Origin: an uncultured delta proteobacterium
GTDB lineage: Bacteria > Myxococcota_A > Polyangia > Fen-1088
NCBI GenBank assembly: GCA_963737265.1
Contig: CAVTRY010000007.1
Span: forward strand, 224,001 to 288,000
DNA length: 64,000 nucleotides
Direction: 5' to 3'
In this document: piece after piece, positions 28,556 to 38,031 of the stretch
Position numbering within the stretch: the first letter of the stretch is position 1
Layout of the letters: every line of letters starts with the position of its first letter
Made by a program: the position numbers and the translations under genes
The notes under the pieces: generated by a model
What the model was told of the DNA's origin: nothing
Database searches by the model: none
What the model saw: only the letters and a program-made list of their open reading frames with translations

Positions 28556-30808
28556 TCACTTGATGAGGAAGTTGAGAAGCACGATGGCGATGGCGCCCAC
28601 CAGCGCTCCGTAAAGATAGGTTTGAATGCGCCCAGTCTGCACCCGGCGCAAAAGGCCACCCGCCGACAGCGTCGAGTTGGCGACCAGGTTGACGGCACCG
28701 TCGACGAGGTAGCGGTCGATGGCGCCATCCAAATTGGCAAACACGCGCGTGATGGCGCCGGCCAGATTCACAAGCCCGTCGATGAGGTGTTTGTCGAACC
28801 ACGACAGCACGCGCGCCAGCGCAAGCGAGCCACGCAGGATTGTCGCCTGGTAGAGCTCGTCGACGTAGTACTTGTTGTAAACCACTGTCCACGGCCGCTT
28901 CCAGCGTTCGAGCAGGCGCGCGGGGACGTGGCTTTTGCCGTCCTTGTAGAGCAGGCGGGCGAAAAACCAACCGATGAAACCGGCCGATACGCCGATGAAT
29001 TGGAATAGAAACTCGACGGAATGCGGTTGTTCCGCAAACTTCACCACCGCTGGCAGGGCGGGCTCGAGCCACGCTTCCAGGATGGGTGCCGTGCCCGTCC
29101 AAGCGGTCGGAATGCCGAGGATGGACACCAGCACCGCGCCCGCCGCCAGCACCGCCAATACGCCGATGATCGATAGCGGTGATTCGTGCGGTGTCGCCCC
29201 GTGGCCGTGGCCGTCATCGTGGCCGCCGCCGCGGTACTCGCCGGTGAAGGTCATATAATAGCTGCGGAACATGTAGAACGACGTCCCGGTCGCCGCGATG
29301 ATTCCGATGAAATAGATAAACTGTCCGAGCCAGGGGGCAGGCCAGCCGAGGAAGGCGAGATTTTCCTGCGTGAACGCCTTCCACAAAATTTCATCCTTGG
29401 AATAGAAGCCGCTGGCCCACGGGAAGCCGGCAATGGCCCAACACGCGATGAGGTAGGTCCACTTGGTCACCGGCATGTGCTTGCCGAGCCCGCCCATCTT
29501 GCGCATGTCCTGCTCGTGGTGGCAGCCGAGAATCACCGAGCCCGAACCAAGGAACAGCGTGGCCTTGAAAAAGGCGTGAGTCAGCAAGTGATACGAGCCC
29601 GCCCAGTATGCGCCCACGCCCACGCCGATGAACATGAAGCCGAGCTGCGACACCGTGGAATAGGCCAGCACCTTCTTGATGTCGTACTGGAAAAAGCCGA
29701 TCGAGGCCGCGAACAGAGCAGTGAGCGCACCAACGAGCGCCACCCAGCCCATGGCCGTCGGCGACAGGGCGAAAATGAAATTGAGCCGGGCCACCATGTA
29801 GACACCGGCAGTGACCATCGTGGCGGCGTGGATGAGCGCGGAGACGGGCGTCGGGCCCGCCATGGCATCCGGCAGCCACACATGTAGCGGCAACTGCGCG
29901 CTCTTGCCCATGGCTCCCACAAACAGCAGGATGCCCACCATGGCCAAAAGGCCAAAGCCGAAGAGTCTTTGCTCCTTCAGTTTCTCGGCCACGCCGGTGC
30001 TGGTAATGACGACCTCATCGCGCAGCTCGCGAAAATTCAGCGTGGGGCCAATTTTGATGTCGAGGTGCTCGGAGCCTTCCGCGGCCTGAACCGCGCCGGG
30101 CGCGCTGGTCTCGGCGTAGCTCATTCGCCCGTCCGGACCCTTGCTCCACGCCCCGCCCAGTGCCCAGAAAAGCAGGAACAGGCCAAGGATGAACCCGAAG
30201 TCGCCAAAGCGGTTGACCACGAAGGCCTTCATGCCGGCGGCGGCCTTCTGCGGATCGGTGTACCAGAACGAAATCAGCAGATAGCTGCACAGTCCCACGC
30301 CTTCCCAGCCGAAGAACATGAGCACGAAGTTGTCGCCCATCACGAGCAACAACATGGAGAACACGAACAAGTTGAGATAGGCGAAGAAGCGCCAGTACGA
30401 CGGCTCGTCGGCCATGTATCCGGTCGAGAAAACGTGAATGAGCGTTCCGATGAAGGTGATGATGAGAGTCATCATCATGCTCAGCGGATCGAGCGCGAAT
30501 CCCAGATCCACCGACACCTTACCCGCGGTGAACATGTTCCACAGGGTGTCCTGCAGAAAGCGATGCTCGCCGTCGAGCCCGAGCAGGGTCGCGTAGGCGA
30601 CGCAGGCTACGGCGAACGATGCCGCCATGGCGCCGATGCCGATGCTGTGAACCAGACCCTTGCCGACCTTGCGCTGCAGACGCAGACCGATGGTTGCGTT
30701 GACAATCGCGCCCACCAGCGGAAAGAACGGGATGAGCCACAGGTAACTCACCGAGTGAGTCGCAAGCGGAACCAGATGGTGTGCGGCGTGTTCCATAGTG
30801 ATTTCCAC
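28556..30808 (-). CDS. nuoL: NADH-quinone oxidoreductase subunit L
   Basis: WEGVGLCSYLLI, KAFVVNRFGD, GKSAQLPLHVWLPDAMAGPTPVSALIHAATMV, DIKKVLAYSTVSQLG. Confidence 0.95.
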   Translation of the reverse strand: MEITMEHAAHHLVPLATHSVSYLWLIPFFPLVGAIVNATIGLRLQRKVGKGLVHSIGIGAMAASFAVACVAYATLLGLDGEHRFLQDTLWNMFTAGKVSVDLGFALDPLSMMMTLIITFIGTLIHVFSTGYMADEPSYWRFFAYLNLFVFSMLLLVMGDNFVLMFFGWEGVGLCSYLLISFWYTDPQKAAAGMKAFVVNRFGDFGFILGLFLLFWALGGAWSKGPDGRMSYAETSAPGAVQAAEGSEHLDIKIGPTLNFRELRDEVVITSTGVAEKLKEQRLFGFGLLAMVGILLFVGAMGKSAQLPLHVWLPDAMAGPTPVSALIHAATMVTAGVYMVARLNFIFALSPTAMGWVALVGALTALFAASIGFFQYDIKKVLAYSTVSQLGFMFIGVGVGAYWAGSYHLLTHAFFKATLFLGSGSVILGCHHEQDMRKMGGLGKHMPVTKWTYLIACWAIAGFPWASGFYSKDEILWKAFTQENLAFLGWPAPWLGQFIYFIGIIAATGTSFYMFRSYYMTFTGEYRGGGHDDGHGHGATPHESPLSIIGVLAVLAAGAVLVSILGIPTAWTGTAPILEAWLEPALPAVVKFAEQPHSVEFLFQFIGVSAGFIGWFFARLLYKDGKSHVPARLLERWKRPWTVVYNKYYVDELYQATILRGSLALARVLSWFDKHLIDGLVNLAGAITRVFANLDGAIDRYLVDGAVNLVANSTLSAGGLLRRVQTGRIQTYLYGALVGAIAIVLLNFLIK

Positions 30809-30817
30809 GACGAGCGA

Positions 30818-31129
30818 CTATTGCTTCAGTGTCGTGGCCCGCGACGCATCGATGTTGCGTAGCATTTGGTAAATAGTGAGGATGATGGCCAGGCCCACGG
30901 CGGCCTCGGCGGCGGCAAGCACGATGACGAAGAGGCCGAAGACCTGGCCCGAAATGCCGCCCGCAACGTAGCGGCCGAACGCCACCAGGTTGAGGTTGGC
31001 GGCGTTGAGAATCAGCTCGATGCCCATGAGCACGGCGACCGCATTGCGACGGGTGACCACGGCGAGCAGGCCAAACCCGAAAAGCAGCGCGCCAATAACG
31101 AGAAAATGATTGAGGGTGAGATTTGCCAT
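30818..31129 (-). CDS. nuoK: NADH-quinone oxidoreductase subunit K
   Basis: RRNAVAVLMGIELILNAANLN, AAAEAAVGLAI. Confidence 0.95.
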   Translation of the reverse strand: MANLTLNHFLVIGALLFGFGLLAVVTRRNAVAVLMGIELILNAANLNLVAFGRYVAGGISGQVFGLFVIVLAAAEAAVGLAIILTIYQMLRNIDASRATTLKQ

Positions 31130-31146
31130 GTTTGTTCGCCCCAGCG

Positions 31147-31653
31147 TTAATCGTCGGACTTCACTTCCTTGCGGGCGATCACAATCGCGCCGATCAAGGT
31201 TGCAAGCAGCACGACCGATACGACTTCGAATGGCAACAGCCACGTGCCGAGCAGACCGTTGCCGATGGCGGCGGTGGTGGCGACCACCGGTGGCTTATCG
31301 GTCAGTTTCCACGGCGCCCAGATGGCCGCGAAGGAAAGCATGGTCGCCACGACGAGAAAGACCACGCAACCGCCGACGAGCCCCATGCTGCGGTTGGAGA
31401 CGTTGATGTCCTGAATCTGGCTCGTCAGCATGACGGCGAAGATAATCAGCACGAGCACGCCGCCGATGTAGACCAGCACTTGGGTGATGGCGACGAAATC
31501 CGCCGACAGGAGAACGTAGAGGCCGCCCACGCCGACGAGACACGACAGAAGGCCCATGGCGCTCCAGAAGATATTGCGCGACAGGGCTACGCCGCCGGCG
31601 CCGCCAAGCGTGGCGAGGGCAAGAAATAGGAAGATGATGAGCTCGGGTTGCAT
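31147..31653 (-). CDS. nuoJ: NADH-quinone oxidoreductase subunit J
   Basis: ADFVAITQVLVYIGGVLVLIIFAVML, LLPFEVVSVVLLATLIGAI. Confidence 0.93.
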   Translation of the reverse strand: MQPELIIFLFLALATLGGAGGVALSRNIFWSAMGLLSCLVGVGGLYVLLSADFVAITQVLVYIGGVLVLIIFAVMLTSQIQDINVSNRSMGLVGGCVVFLVVATMLSFAAIWAPWKLTDKPPVVATTAAIGNGLLGTWLLPFEVVSVVLLATLIGAIVIARKEVKSDD

Positions 31654-31692
31654 GCCTAGGTGCCTTCCCTAATCCGAATTCTAATCTTTCGT

Positions 31693-32274
31693 CTAATCTT
31701 TCTTAGGGCCGCCAGGAAAAACGCCAGGAGACGCTATCCACGAACGCTCCGCCATGCGTTTGCGCAGGATTTCGCCGACCGGAGCGCGGGGTGCGTCCTG
31801 GCCCTTGACGGGCCGGTAGAACGGCACTGGCTTTTCCGCATCGGGCACCCAGCGAAAGACCAGGCTGTCGATAGCCTTCATGGTGGATTCGAATTCGCGC
31901 GTGTGCTGGATGGCGCCGGTGGGGCACGGCTCGACGCACAGGCCGCAGAACATGCACTTCGATTCGTCGATGTCGAACTGGGCGATGACCCGCTGCTTGG
32001 GGTTGGCCGGATCCTTGTCGGTCGTGATCTTGATGACGCTGATGGGGCACGCGCGCTCGCACGCCATGCACCCCGTGCAGACATTCATGTCCACTTCGAG
32101 GAGGCCGCGGTAGCGCGACGGCAACGTGTCCGCCACGCGTTTTTCCGTGCGATCCGGGTACTGCACGGTGATCGGCCGGCGAACCATGTAGGACAGCGTG
32201 ACCGATAGGCCTTCCCAGAACGTCTTCACGACATCCGTGATATGGCCGAAATATTCGCGAACCGATTCAGCCAT
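31693..32274 (-). CDS. nuoI: NADH-quinone oxidoreductase subunit I
   Basis: TVQYP, RYRG, CTGCMACERACP, CMFCGLCVEPCP. Confidence 0.93.
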   Translation of the reverse strand: MAESVREYFGHITDVVKTFWEGLSVTLSYMVRRPITVQYPDRTEKRVADTLPSRYRGLLEVDMNVCTGCMACERACPISVIKITTDKDPANPKQRVIAQFDIDESKCMFCGLCVEPCPTGAIQHTREFESTMKAIDSLVFRWVPDAEKPVPFYRPVKGQDAPRAPVGEILRKRMAERSWIASPGVFPGGPKKD

Positions 32275-32280
32275 GGCACA

Positions 32281-33663
32281 TCACCAATTGGTCAGATCCA
32301 CGCGATCGCCCGTGACCCGATCGATATTCCGGCGCGTGTCGCGCAAGAACTTGACCAGGAGAGCACCCGCGCAAATGGTGAGAAGAATGCCGGTGATCTT
32401 GGACCCAAGCGGCGGGACGAGCAGTTGCCACAGCAGGGTCACGATAAAGCACAGGAATGCGCCGGGCACGAGGTACTTCCAACACAACGACATCATCTGA
32501 TCGACACGAACCCGCGGTAACGTCCAGCGCAGCCAGATAAAGAGGAAGACGAGCGCCCAGGTCTTGACGATGAACACGACCATCGATGCGGCCTGCAGCA
32601 GGAACCACGGCGGCCCAGGAAGAAGGCCAACGCCGCGCGCGTGTTGGTACATTTCGGGCGAGACAAAGGGGATCTGCCAGCCACCCAAAAACAGCGTCAC
32701 CGCCAGACCCGCCATAATCCACATGTTGGCCCACTCGACCATGAGGAAGATGGCGAGGCGGAAGCCCGAATACTCGGCGTGGTAGCCGGCGACAAGCTCG
32801 GATTCGGCTTCGGGCAGATCGAAGGGCGTGCGGTTGCCTTCGGCGAGCGAGCTGGTCACACTGATGAAAAAGGCGACCAAGGCGGCCGGATTGCGAAAGA
32901 CGAACCACTCCCACGGAAGCCCGCCCTGGGCGCGCACGATGCCCTGCATGGACAGCGTTCCCGCCATCAGCACCGGAACCATGAGGGCAATGCCGGCCGG
33001 GATTTCATAGGACAACACCTGCGCGGCGCCACGAATGCCTCCAAAGAGCGCCCACTTGGAATTGGACGCCCAGCCCGACACCAAAATGCCCACCACCACG
33101 AACGCGGTTACTGCGGTCACGTAAAACACGCCGACGTTCATGTCCGTGACCACGGTGCTTTCGCCGAACGGCAGCACCACGAAGGGCAACAGCAGGCCGA
33201 CCATGGAGAAATACGGGGCAGCGCGGAAGAGAAGATTGTCGGCCGATCCCGGAATCGTGTCTTCCTTGAGCACCATCTTCACGGCATCGGCTACCCAGGC
33301 CAGAAAGCCCGCCGCGCCGGTGCGATTGGGCCCGATGCGGCTTTGCATGCGGCCAGCCACGCGGCGCTCGACCCAGGTCGAGACCCCGCCGAAGACCGCG
33401 GTGTAATTCACGGCGATGAAGGCAACCAACAGCAGGAAGCCGGCGTAGACCAGATTGCGATAGGGCGACGTCGCCAGATCCCAGCCGAGCCACTCCTTCG
33501 CGAGCGCATTGAGAATCTCGGGCCGGTTGAGCGGAAAAACGGCCAGCGCCCCGACGTACAGCCCGAGCGGCACGCCGAACGCCATGAACAGCGTGACCAG
33601 AATCGCGAGGCGCGGATAGCGCCGGGTGAGCGACGTTGAATCGAGCGCGAGCGAAATCTTCAC
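32281..33663 (-). CDS. nuoH: NADH-quinone oxidoreductase subunit H (N-terminal extension)
   Basis: [64 protein letters not shown]; GTG start overlaps the nuoD stop. Confidence 0.93.
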   Translation of the reverse strand: MKISLALDSTSLTRRYPRLAILVTLFMAFGVPLGLYVGALAVFPLNRPEILNALAKEWLGWDLATSPYRNLVYAGFLLLVAFIAVNYTAVFGGVSTWVERRVAGRMQSRIGPNRTGAAGFLAWVADAVKMVLKEDTIPGSADNLLFRAAPYFSMVGLLLPFVVLPFGESTVVTDMNVGVFYVTAVTAFVVVGILVSGWASNSKWALFGGIRGAAQVLSYEIPAGIALMVPVLMAGTLSMQGIVRAQGGLPWEWFVFRNPAALVAFFISVTSSLAEGNRTPFDLPEAESELVAGYHAEYSGFRLAIFLMVEWANMWIMAGLAVTLFLGGWQIPFVSPEMYQHARGVGLLPGPPWFLLQAASMVVFIVKTWALVFLFIWLRWTLPRVRVDQMMSLCWKYLVPGAFLCFIVTLLWQLLVPPLGSKITGILLTICAGALLVKFLRDTRRNIDRVTGDRVDLTNW

Positions 33664-34817
33664 CGGTCCACCTCCGGAGCGACGACGTCGAGGGACGCGA
33701 TGATGGCAATGAGGTCGGCCACCATGATGCCCTGGGAAAGCTCCTCGATAATCCCCATGGCCATGAAGCTGCCGGTGCGCACGCGCAGGCGATAGGCCTT
33801 TTCCGAACCGTCGGATACGACGTAGTAGAGCATCTCGCCGCGTGCGGATTCGACGCGGCCCACGGCTTCGCCCGCTTCGGGCTTGAGCTTGCGCGCAACC
33901 TTGGCCTGAATGTCGCCCTCGGGCAGCTTGGCGAGCGCTTGGCGGGCGATTTTCGACGATTCGACGATTTCCTGCACGCGCACGAAGAAGCGATCCCAGC
34001 AGTCGCCCACCGTGCCCGCGCGACCGGTGCCCACCGGCACGTTGAAGTCGAAGTCGGGATAGGCGCCGTAGGGCATGTCGCGCCGGATGTCCCACTTCAC
34101 GCCCGATCCGCGCAGGTTGGGACCAGCCAAGCCGTAGTCGATGGCCAGCGCGCGACTGATGACGCCCACGTTGGCCAGACGCTGGACGAAGATTTTGTTG
34201 AACGTGATCAGGCGATCCCATTCCTGAATGTAGCTGTCGAGATGATCGAGGAAGCGCAAGACCTTGGTGCCCCAACCTTCAGGCAGGTCGAAGGCCACGC
34301 CGCCGATGCGGTGGAAGTTGAAGGTCAGGCGCGCGCCGCACAGCTCTTCAAGCAGATCGTTGATGGATTCGCGTTCGCGCAAGGCGTGGGTGAGCGGCGT
34401 GGCCGCGCCGATGTCTTGCGCCATCGTGCCGATGGAAATGAAGTGGTTGGAAATGCGGCACAGCTCGCCGGCGATGGCGCGAATGTATTGCGCGCGCGGC
34501 GGTGGCTCGACGCCAAGCAGGCGCTCGATGGCGACGGCGTAGCCCTCGTTGGCGAACATGGCCGCCAAGTAGTCGATGCGATCGGTGAAGGGCATGTACC
34601 CTGGGTAGGGCACCATTTCTCCGATCTTTTCCAGGCCGCGATGAAGATAACCAATCTCGGGCACCGAGCGACGAATGACTTCGCCGTTGGTCTGCGTGAC
34701 GAAGTTGATGACCCCGTGGGTGGACGGGTGTTGCGGGCCGAAGTTGACGACGATTTCTTCCTCCGTCGTCGTGGTTCGACGAAGAATGTGGCGGTCGAGC
34801 TCCATGTCGATGGGCAT
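33660..34817 (-). CDS. nuoD: NADH-quinone oxidoreductase subunit D
   Basis: [33 protein letters not shown]-terminal EVDR; no Ni-binding CxxC. Confidence 0.95.
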   Translation of the reverse strand: MPIDMELDRHILRRTTTTEEEIVVNFGPQHPSTHGVINFVTQTNGEVIRRSVPEIGYLHRGLEKIGEMVPYPGYMPFTDRIDYLAAMFANEGYAVAIERLLGVEPPPRAQYIRAIAGELCRISNHFISIGTMAQDIGAATPLTHALRERESINDLLEELCGARLTFNFHRIGGVAFDLPEGWGTKVLRFLDHLDSYIQEWDRLITFNKIFVQRLANVGVISRALAIDYGLAGPNLRGSGVKWDIRRDMPYGAYPDFDFNVPVGTGRAGTVGDCWDRFFVRVQEIVESSKIARQALAKLPEGDIQAKVARKLKPEAGEAVGRVESARGEMLYYVVSDGSEKAYRLRVRTGSFMAMGIIEELSQGIMVADLIAIIASLDVVAPEVDR

Positions 34818-34819
34818 GG

Positions 34820-35530
34820 CTAGACCTTCCCTTCGGTCGAGGGCGCCTGCGAGGCAGCCGGAGGAGGCGAAGAAACCGATCCCGTGGCCGTGGCCGTGGT
34901 CGTGGTCGTGGCCGTGGCCGTGGCCGTGGCCGTGGTCGTGGCCGTGGCCGTGGCCGCCTTCACTTCTGGCGCTGGAGCCGCGGCCGCCACCGCAGCCGCA
35001 ACTGCCTTGCGCTTCTCATCGGTGATCTTCGAAAGCTGCACCAGCGGATCCGGCCGTTCGTTGCCCATGCCGTGGTAGCCCCCGGCTTCCTGGTAGTCCT
35101 TGCGCAGCGGATAACCAACCCAGTCGTCGGGCAGAAGAATCCGGCGCAGATCCGAGTGGCCGACGAAATTCACACCAAACAGGTCGTAAATTTCCCGCTC
35201 CAGCCAAGTGGCGGCTTTCCACACGCTTTCGACCGACGCAATCGACGGTGCCGCACGATCGGTTTCGACCTTGATAACCAGGCCATGGCGATGCACCAGC
35301 GAATAGAGGTGAAAAACCACCTCGATGACATTACGCGCCGGCCAGTCCACGGCAGTTACGTCCTGACAGTAGTCGAATTCCAGCCCGGCAGTGCTTTTCA
35401 GGAACTGGCATACCTCGACAATCTTCTCCCCCTTGACCACCACGAACTTGTCGCCCTTGGTCTCCGACAGGACGCCCACGGCTTCACCGAAGCGCTCCTT
35501 GAGCTGGGCGCAGACTTCTTCCGCCGTCAT
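34820..35530 (-). CDS. nuoC: NADH-quinone oxidoreductase subunit C with Ala/Thr low-complexity tail
   Basis: [40 protein letters not shown]. Confidence 0.93.
   Translation of the reverse strand: MTAEEVCAQLKERFGEAVGVLSETKGDKFVVVKGEKIVEVCQFLKSTAGLEFDYCQDVTAVDWPARNVIEVVFHLYSLVHRHGLVIKVETDRAAPSIASVESVWKAATWLEREIYDLFGVNFVGHSDLRRILLPDDWVGYPLRKDYQEAGGYHGMGNERPDPLVQLSKITDEKRKAVAAAVAAAAPAPEVKAATATATTTATATATATTTTTATATGSVSSPPPAASQAPSTEGKV
34883..34954. repeat. Hexanucleotide microsatellite (CGTGGC/CGTGGT) x12 in the nuoC tail
   Basis: Directly visible tandem repeat. Confidence 0.9.
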
Positions 35531-35531
35531 G

Positions 35532-36113
35532 TCACTTGGCCTTGCTTGCCGGAATCGGCGCCGGAATCGGCGCCGGAATCATCATGGGTGAATTTGGATC
35601 GACGCGGCCAGGGCGCATCTTGGTTTTCCAGCGCTCGCACATCATGATGTCCTGAATGCGCAGCAGCCCCTCGGTAAGCGCCTCGGGCCTCGGCGGGCAG
35701 CCCGGCACATAAACATCGACTGGGATGATCTTGTCCACGCCCTTGCACACCGAATACGAAGCCTGAAACAGGCCGCCGCAGTTCGCGCAGGACCCCATGG
35801 ACAGAACGTACTTGGGCTCGGCCATCTGGTCGTAGAGCAGCTTGGTACGCACGGCCATCTTGTAGGTCAGCGTGCCAGCGACGATCATGAGATCGGACTG
35901 GCGCGGACTGGCACGAAAGATGGCGGCGAAGCGATCGAGATCCGCGCGCGGTCCACCCGTCTGCATCAGCTCGATTCCGCAGCAGGCGAGACCGAACAGC
36001 AGGTAGTGGATGGAGTTCTTGCGCGCCAAATTGATGGCGTCGTCGAGCAGGCTCGTGTTGGTGAGCAAGACGCCCGTGCCGGGCTCGGCCTGATAGAAGT
36101 TTTGATCGGTCAT
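35532..36113 (-). CDS. nuoB: NADH-quinone oxidoreductase subunit B
   Basis: [42 protein letters not shown]. Confidence 0.95.
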   Translation of the reverse strand: MTDQNFYQAEPGTGVLLTNTSLLDDAINLARKNSIHYLLFGLACCGIELMQTGGPRADLDRFAAIFRASPRQSDLMIVAGTLTYKMAVRTKLLYDQMAEPKYVLSMGSCANCGGLFQASYSVCKGVDKIIPVDVYVPGCPPRPEALTEGLLRIQDIMMCERWKTKMRPGRVDPNSPMMIPAPIPAPIPASKAK

Positions 36114-36135
36114 CGGCGACTTTTTCGGCGCCAGC

Positions 36136-36591
36136 TTACGCGCTTAGCGGTAGCGGAGCTTTTTCTTCCTTTTGATGGGTCGCTTGATCGCTTGCGGCGC
36201 GCGGCGCCTGCGACAGCTTCTTGATCCATTCCAAATCGCCGTGCGCCCAGGCCCAAGCCAGCCCCACCAGCAGCACCGCAGTGAAAAGTATTAGTTCGCT
36301 AAACGCTACCCAGCCGGTCCCCTTTTGAATCCAAGACGCGTACACCACCACCACCGGGAAGGTCAGCGCGATATCGACCTCGAAAATGATGAACACCAGC
36401 GCGATGAGGTAGAAACGCGGATTGAAATTGTACCAAGCCGAGCCGATGGGCCGCTCGCCGCACTCGTAAATAGAAAGCTTGTTGGCGCTGGGAAAACGCG
36501 GCCGCAAGAATCCACCGACGATCAGCATGACCAAGGCGAACAGGATTGCGACGATGGCAAACGCGAGCACTGCGCCGAATTGGTAACCCAT
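36136..36591 (-). CDS. nuoA: NADH-quinone oxidoreductase subunit A
   Basis: [29 protein letters not shown]. Confidence 0.93.
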   Translation of the reverse strand: MGYQFGAVLAFAIVAILFALVMLIVGGFLRPRFPSANKLSIYECGERPIGSAWYNFNPRFYLIALVFIIFEVDIALTFPVVVVYASWIQKGTGWVAFSELILFTAVLLVGLAWAWAHGDLEWIKKLSQAPRAASDQATHQKEEKAPLPLSA

Positions 36592-36635
36592 ATTCACCTT
36601 CTGACCCGAGGATTTCCTGAGCCTTTCGGACGCCA

Positions 36636-36664
36636 TTAGTAGACGCTTGGGCCACGGACGTCAA
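36636..36664 (-). promoter_or_regulatory. Putative sigma70 promoter of the nuo operon
   Basis: TTGACG-N17-TACTAA on the minus strand. Confidence 0.5.
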
Positions 36665-36750
36665 GTGTCCCAGGAAAACCGGATGAAAACAGGAGTTGCG
36701 TCGCCTTTCTTTTTGTTAACGCGACGAAAAGCCGCGCTATCCTACGCGCC

Positions 36751-37959
36751 ATGAGCGATTCCGACCGGAACGAGTCACCCGAAACTCCGCCTCCGGCAAG
36801 CACCATCACCGAACCCGCCACCGGCAAGACGCGTTTTGGCAACGAGGCCATCGCGCCCTATTTCTTCGTCGTCTTGTTCGTGCTGGCGTTCTTTGCGGTG
36901 GGCTACGTGCTGCTGCCGTTCTTCGGCGACATGGTGATCGCGTTTCTTTTCGTGATCATGCTGACGCCCGTGTATGCGCGCGTGTGCCGGGTGCTGGGAG
37001 ACAGGCAGGTGCTGGCCTCAGGCCTCGTCGTGGTGGGACTGGTGGCGGTGGGCGCCGTGCCCCTGTTCCTCATCGCTTCGGCGCTCCTGCGGGACATCGG
37101 CGAAGCCTCGATCGCGTGGGGCAGCGCGGGCCGCTCGCTTGCGTTGCGGGCCATCGCTGGGCGCAACGGGGTGATCATGAGTGGCGTGTCCAATCTGGCC
37201 TCGCGGCTCGGCATCACCCTGGCGCCCGAATGGGTGGAACAGGCGCTGCTCGATACCGGCCGCAGCCTGACCCAGTGGCTCGCCACGCGCGCCAATACCT
37301 TTGTTTCCAGCCTTCTTTCGACGGCGCTGCACGTCGTCATCACGCTTTTCTCAATCTTCTACCTGTTCATCAACGGCGATCGGCTGCGCACCTTCATCTA
37401 CCGGTTGTCGCCGCTCAAACACGACGAGGACCAGATCTTCATCAACAAGCTGGGCGAGGTGGGCCGGGCCATTCTCGTCGGCAGCGGAACCGCCAGCGCA
37501 CTGCAAGGCCTGGTTGCGGGCGTCGCCTGGGTCGCGGTGGGCCTGCCCTCGCCCGTTCTGTGGGGCATCCTCATGGCCGTCGCGGCGTTTCTGCCGCTGG
37601 TCGGAATCGCGGCGGTGGTCCTTCCGGCGACGATCTACTTGTGGGTCGACGGTCGCCCTATCGCCGCGACGATGTTTCTCGTCTTCTGCATGGGCCAATC
37701 GTTCTTCTTCGAGTACGGGGTCAAGCCGCGCATCATGGGCTCCTCGATGCGCATGAACAATCTGCTCGTGTTCCTCAGCCTGCTTGGCGGAATCATGGGT
37801 TTCGGGATGGCGGGCTTGCTCTACGGACCGCTCATCATGACCCTCTTCTTGGCCCTGGTTCAGCTGTACGAAACCCGCTACAAGCTGCACATTGCCCGTC
37901 GCCTTTCGGTGACACTGCCGGCTGGCGCGGGGGTCGAGGAGAAAACGAGGATATTCTAA
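36751..37959 (+). CDS. AI-2E family transporter
   Basis: Hydrophobic pattern; FYLFINGDRL, ALQGLVAG, LPLVG, VKPRIMG, LSLLGGIMGFGMAGLLYGPLI. Confidence 0.88.
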   Translation: MSDSDRNESPETPPPASTITEPATGKTRFGNEAIAPYFFVVLFVLAFFAVGYVLLPFFGDMVIAFLFVIMLTPVYARVCRVLGDRQVLASGLVVVGLVAVGAVPLFLIASALLRDIGEASIAWGSAGRSLALRAIAGRNGVIMSGVSNLASRLGITLAPEWVEQALLDTGRSLTQWLATRANTFVSSLLSTALHVVITLFSIFYLFINGDRLRTFIYRLSPLKHDEDQIFINKLGEVGRAILVGSGTASALQGLVAGVAWVAVGLPSPVLWGILMAVAAFLPLVGIAAVVLPATIYLWVDGRPIAATMFLVFCMGQSFFFEYGVKPRIMGSSMRMNNLLVFLSLLGGIMGFGMAGLLYGPLIMTLFLALVQLYETRYKLHIARRLSVTLPAGAGVEEKTRIF

Positions 37960-38031
37960 GGCCAAGATCTTCCGCCCGGTGGCGACGCGATTCGCGCACG
38001 GCGATGATACAATGGCGGAAAGGTTCTCCTC

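Noticed and set aside
33660-36113. Group 4 NiFe hydrogenase interpretation of nuoBCD
   Set aside because: The large subunit has no CxxC Ni ligands at either end and keeps quinone-site residues.
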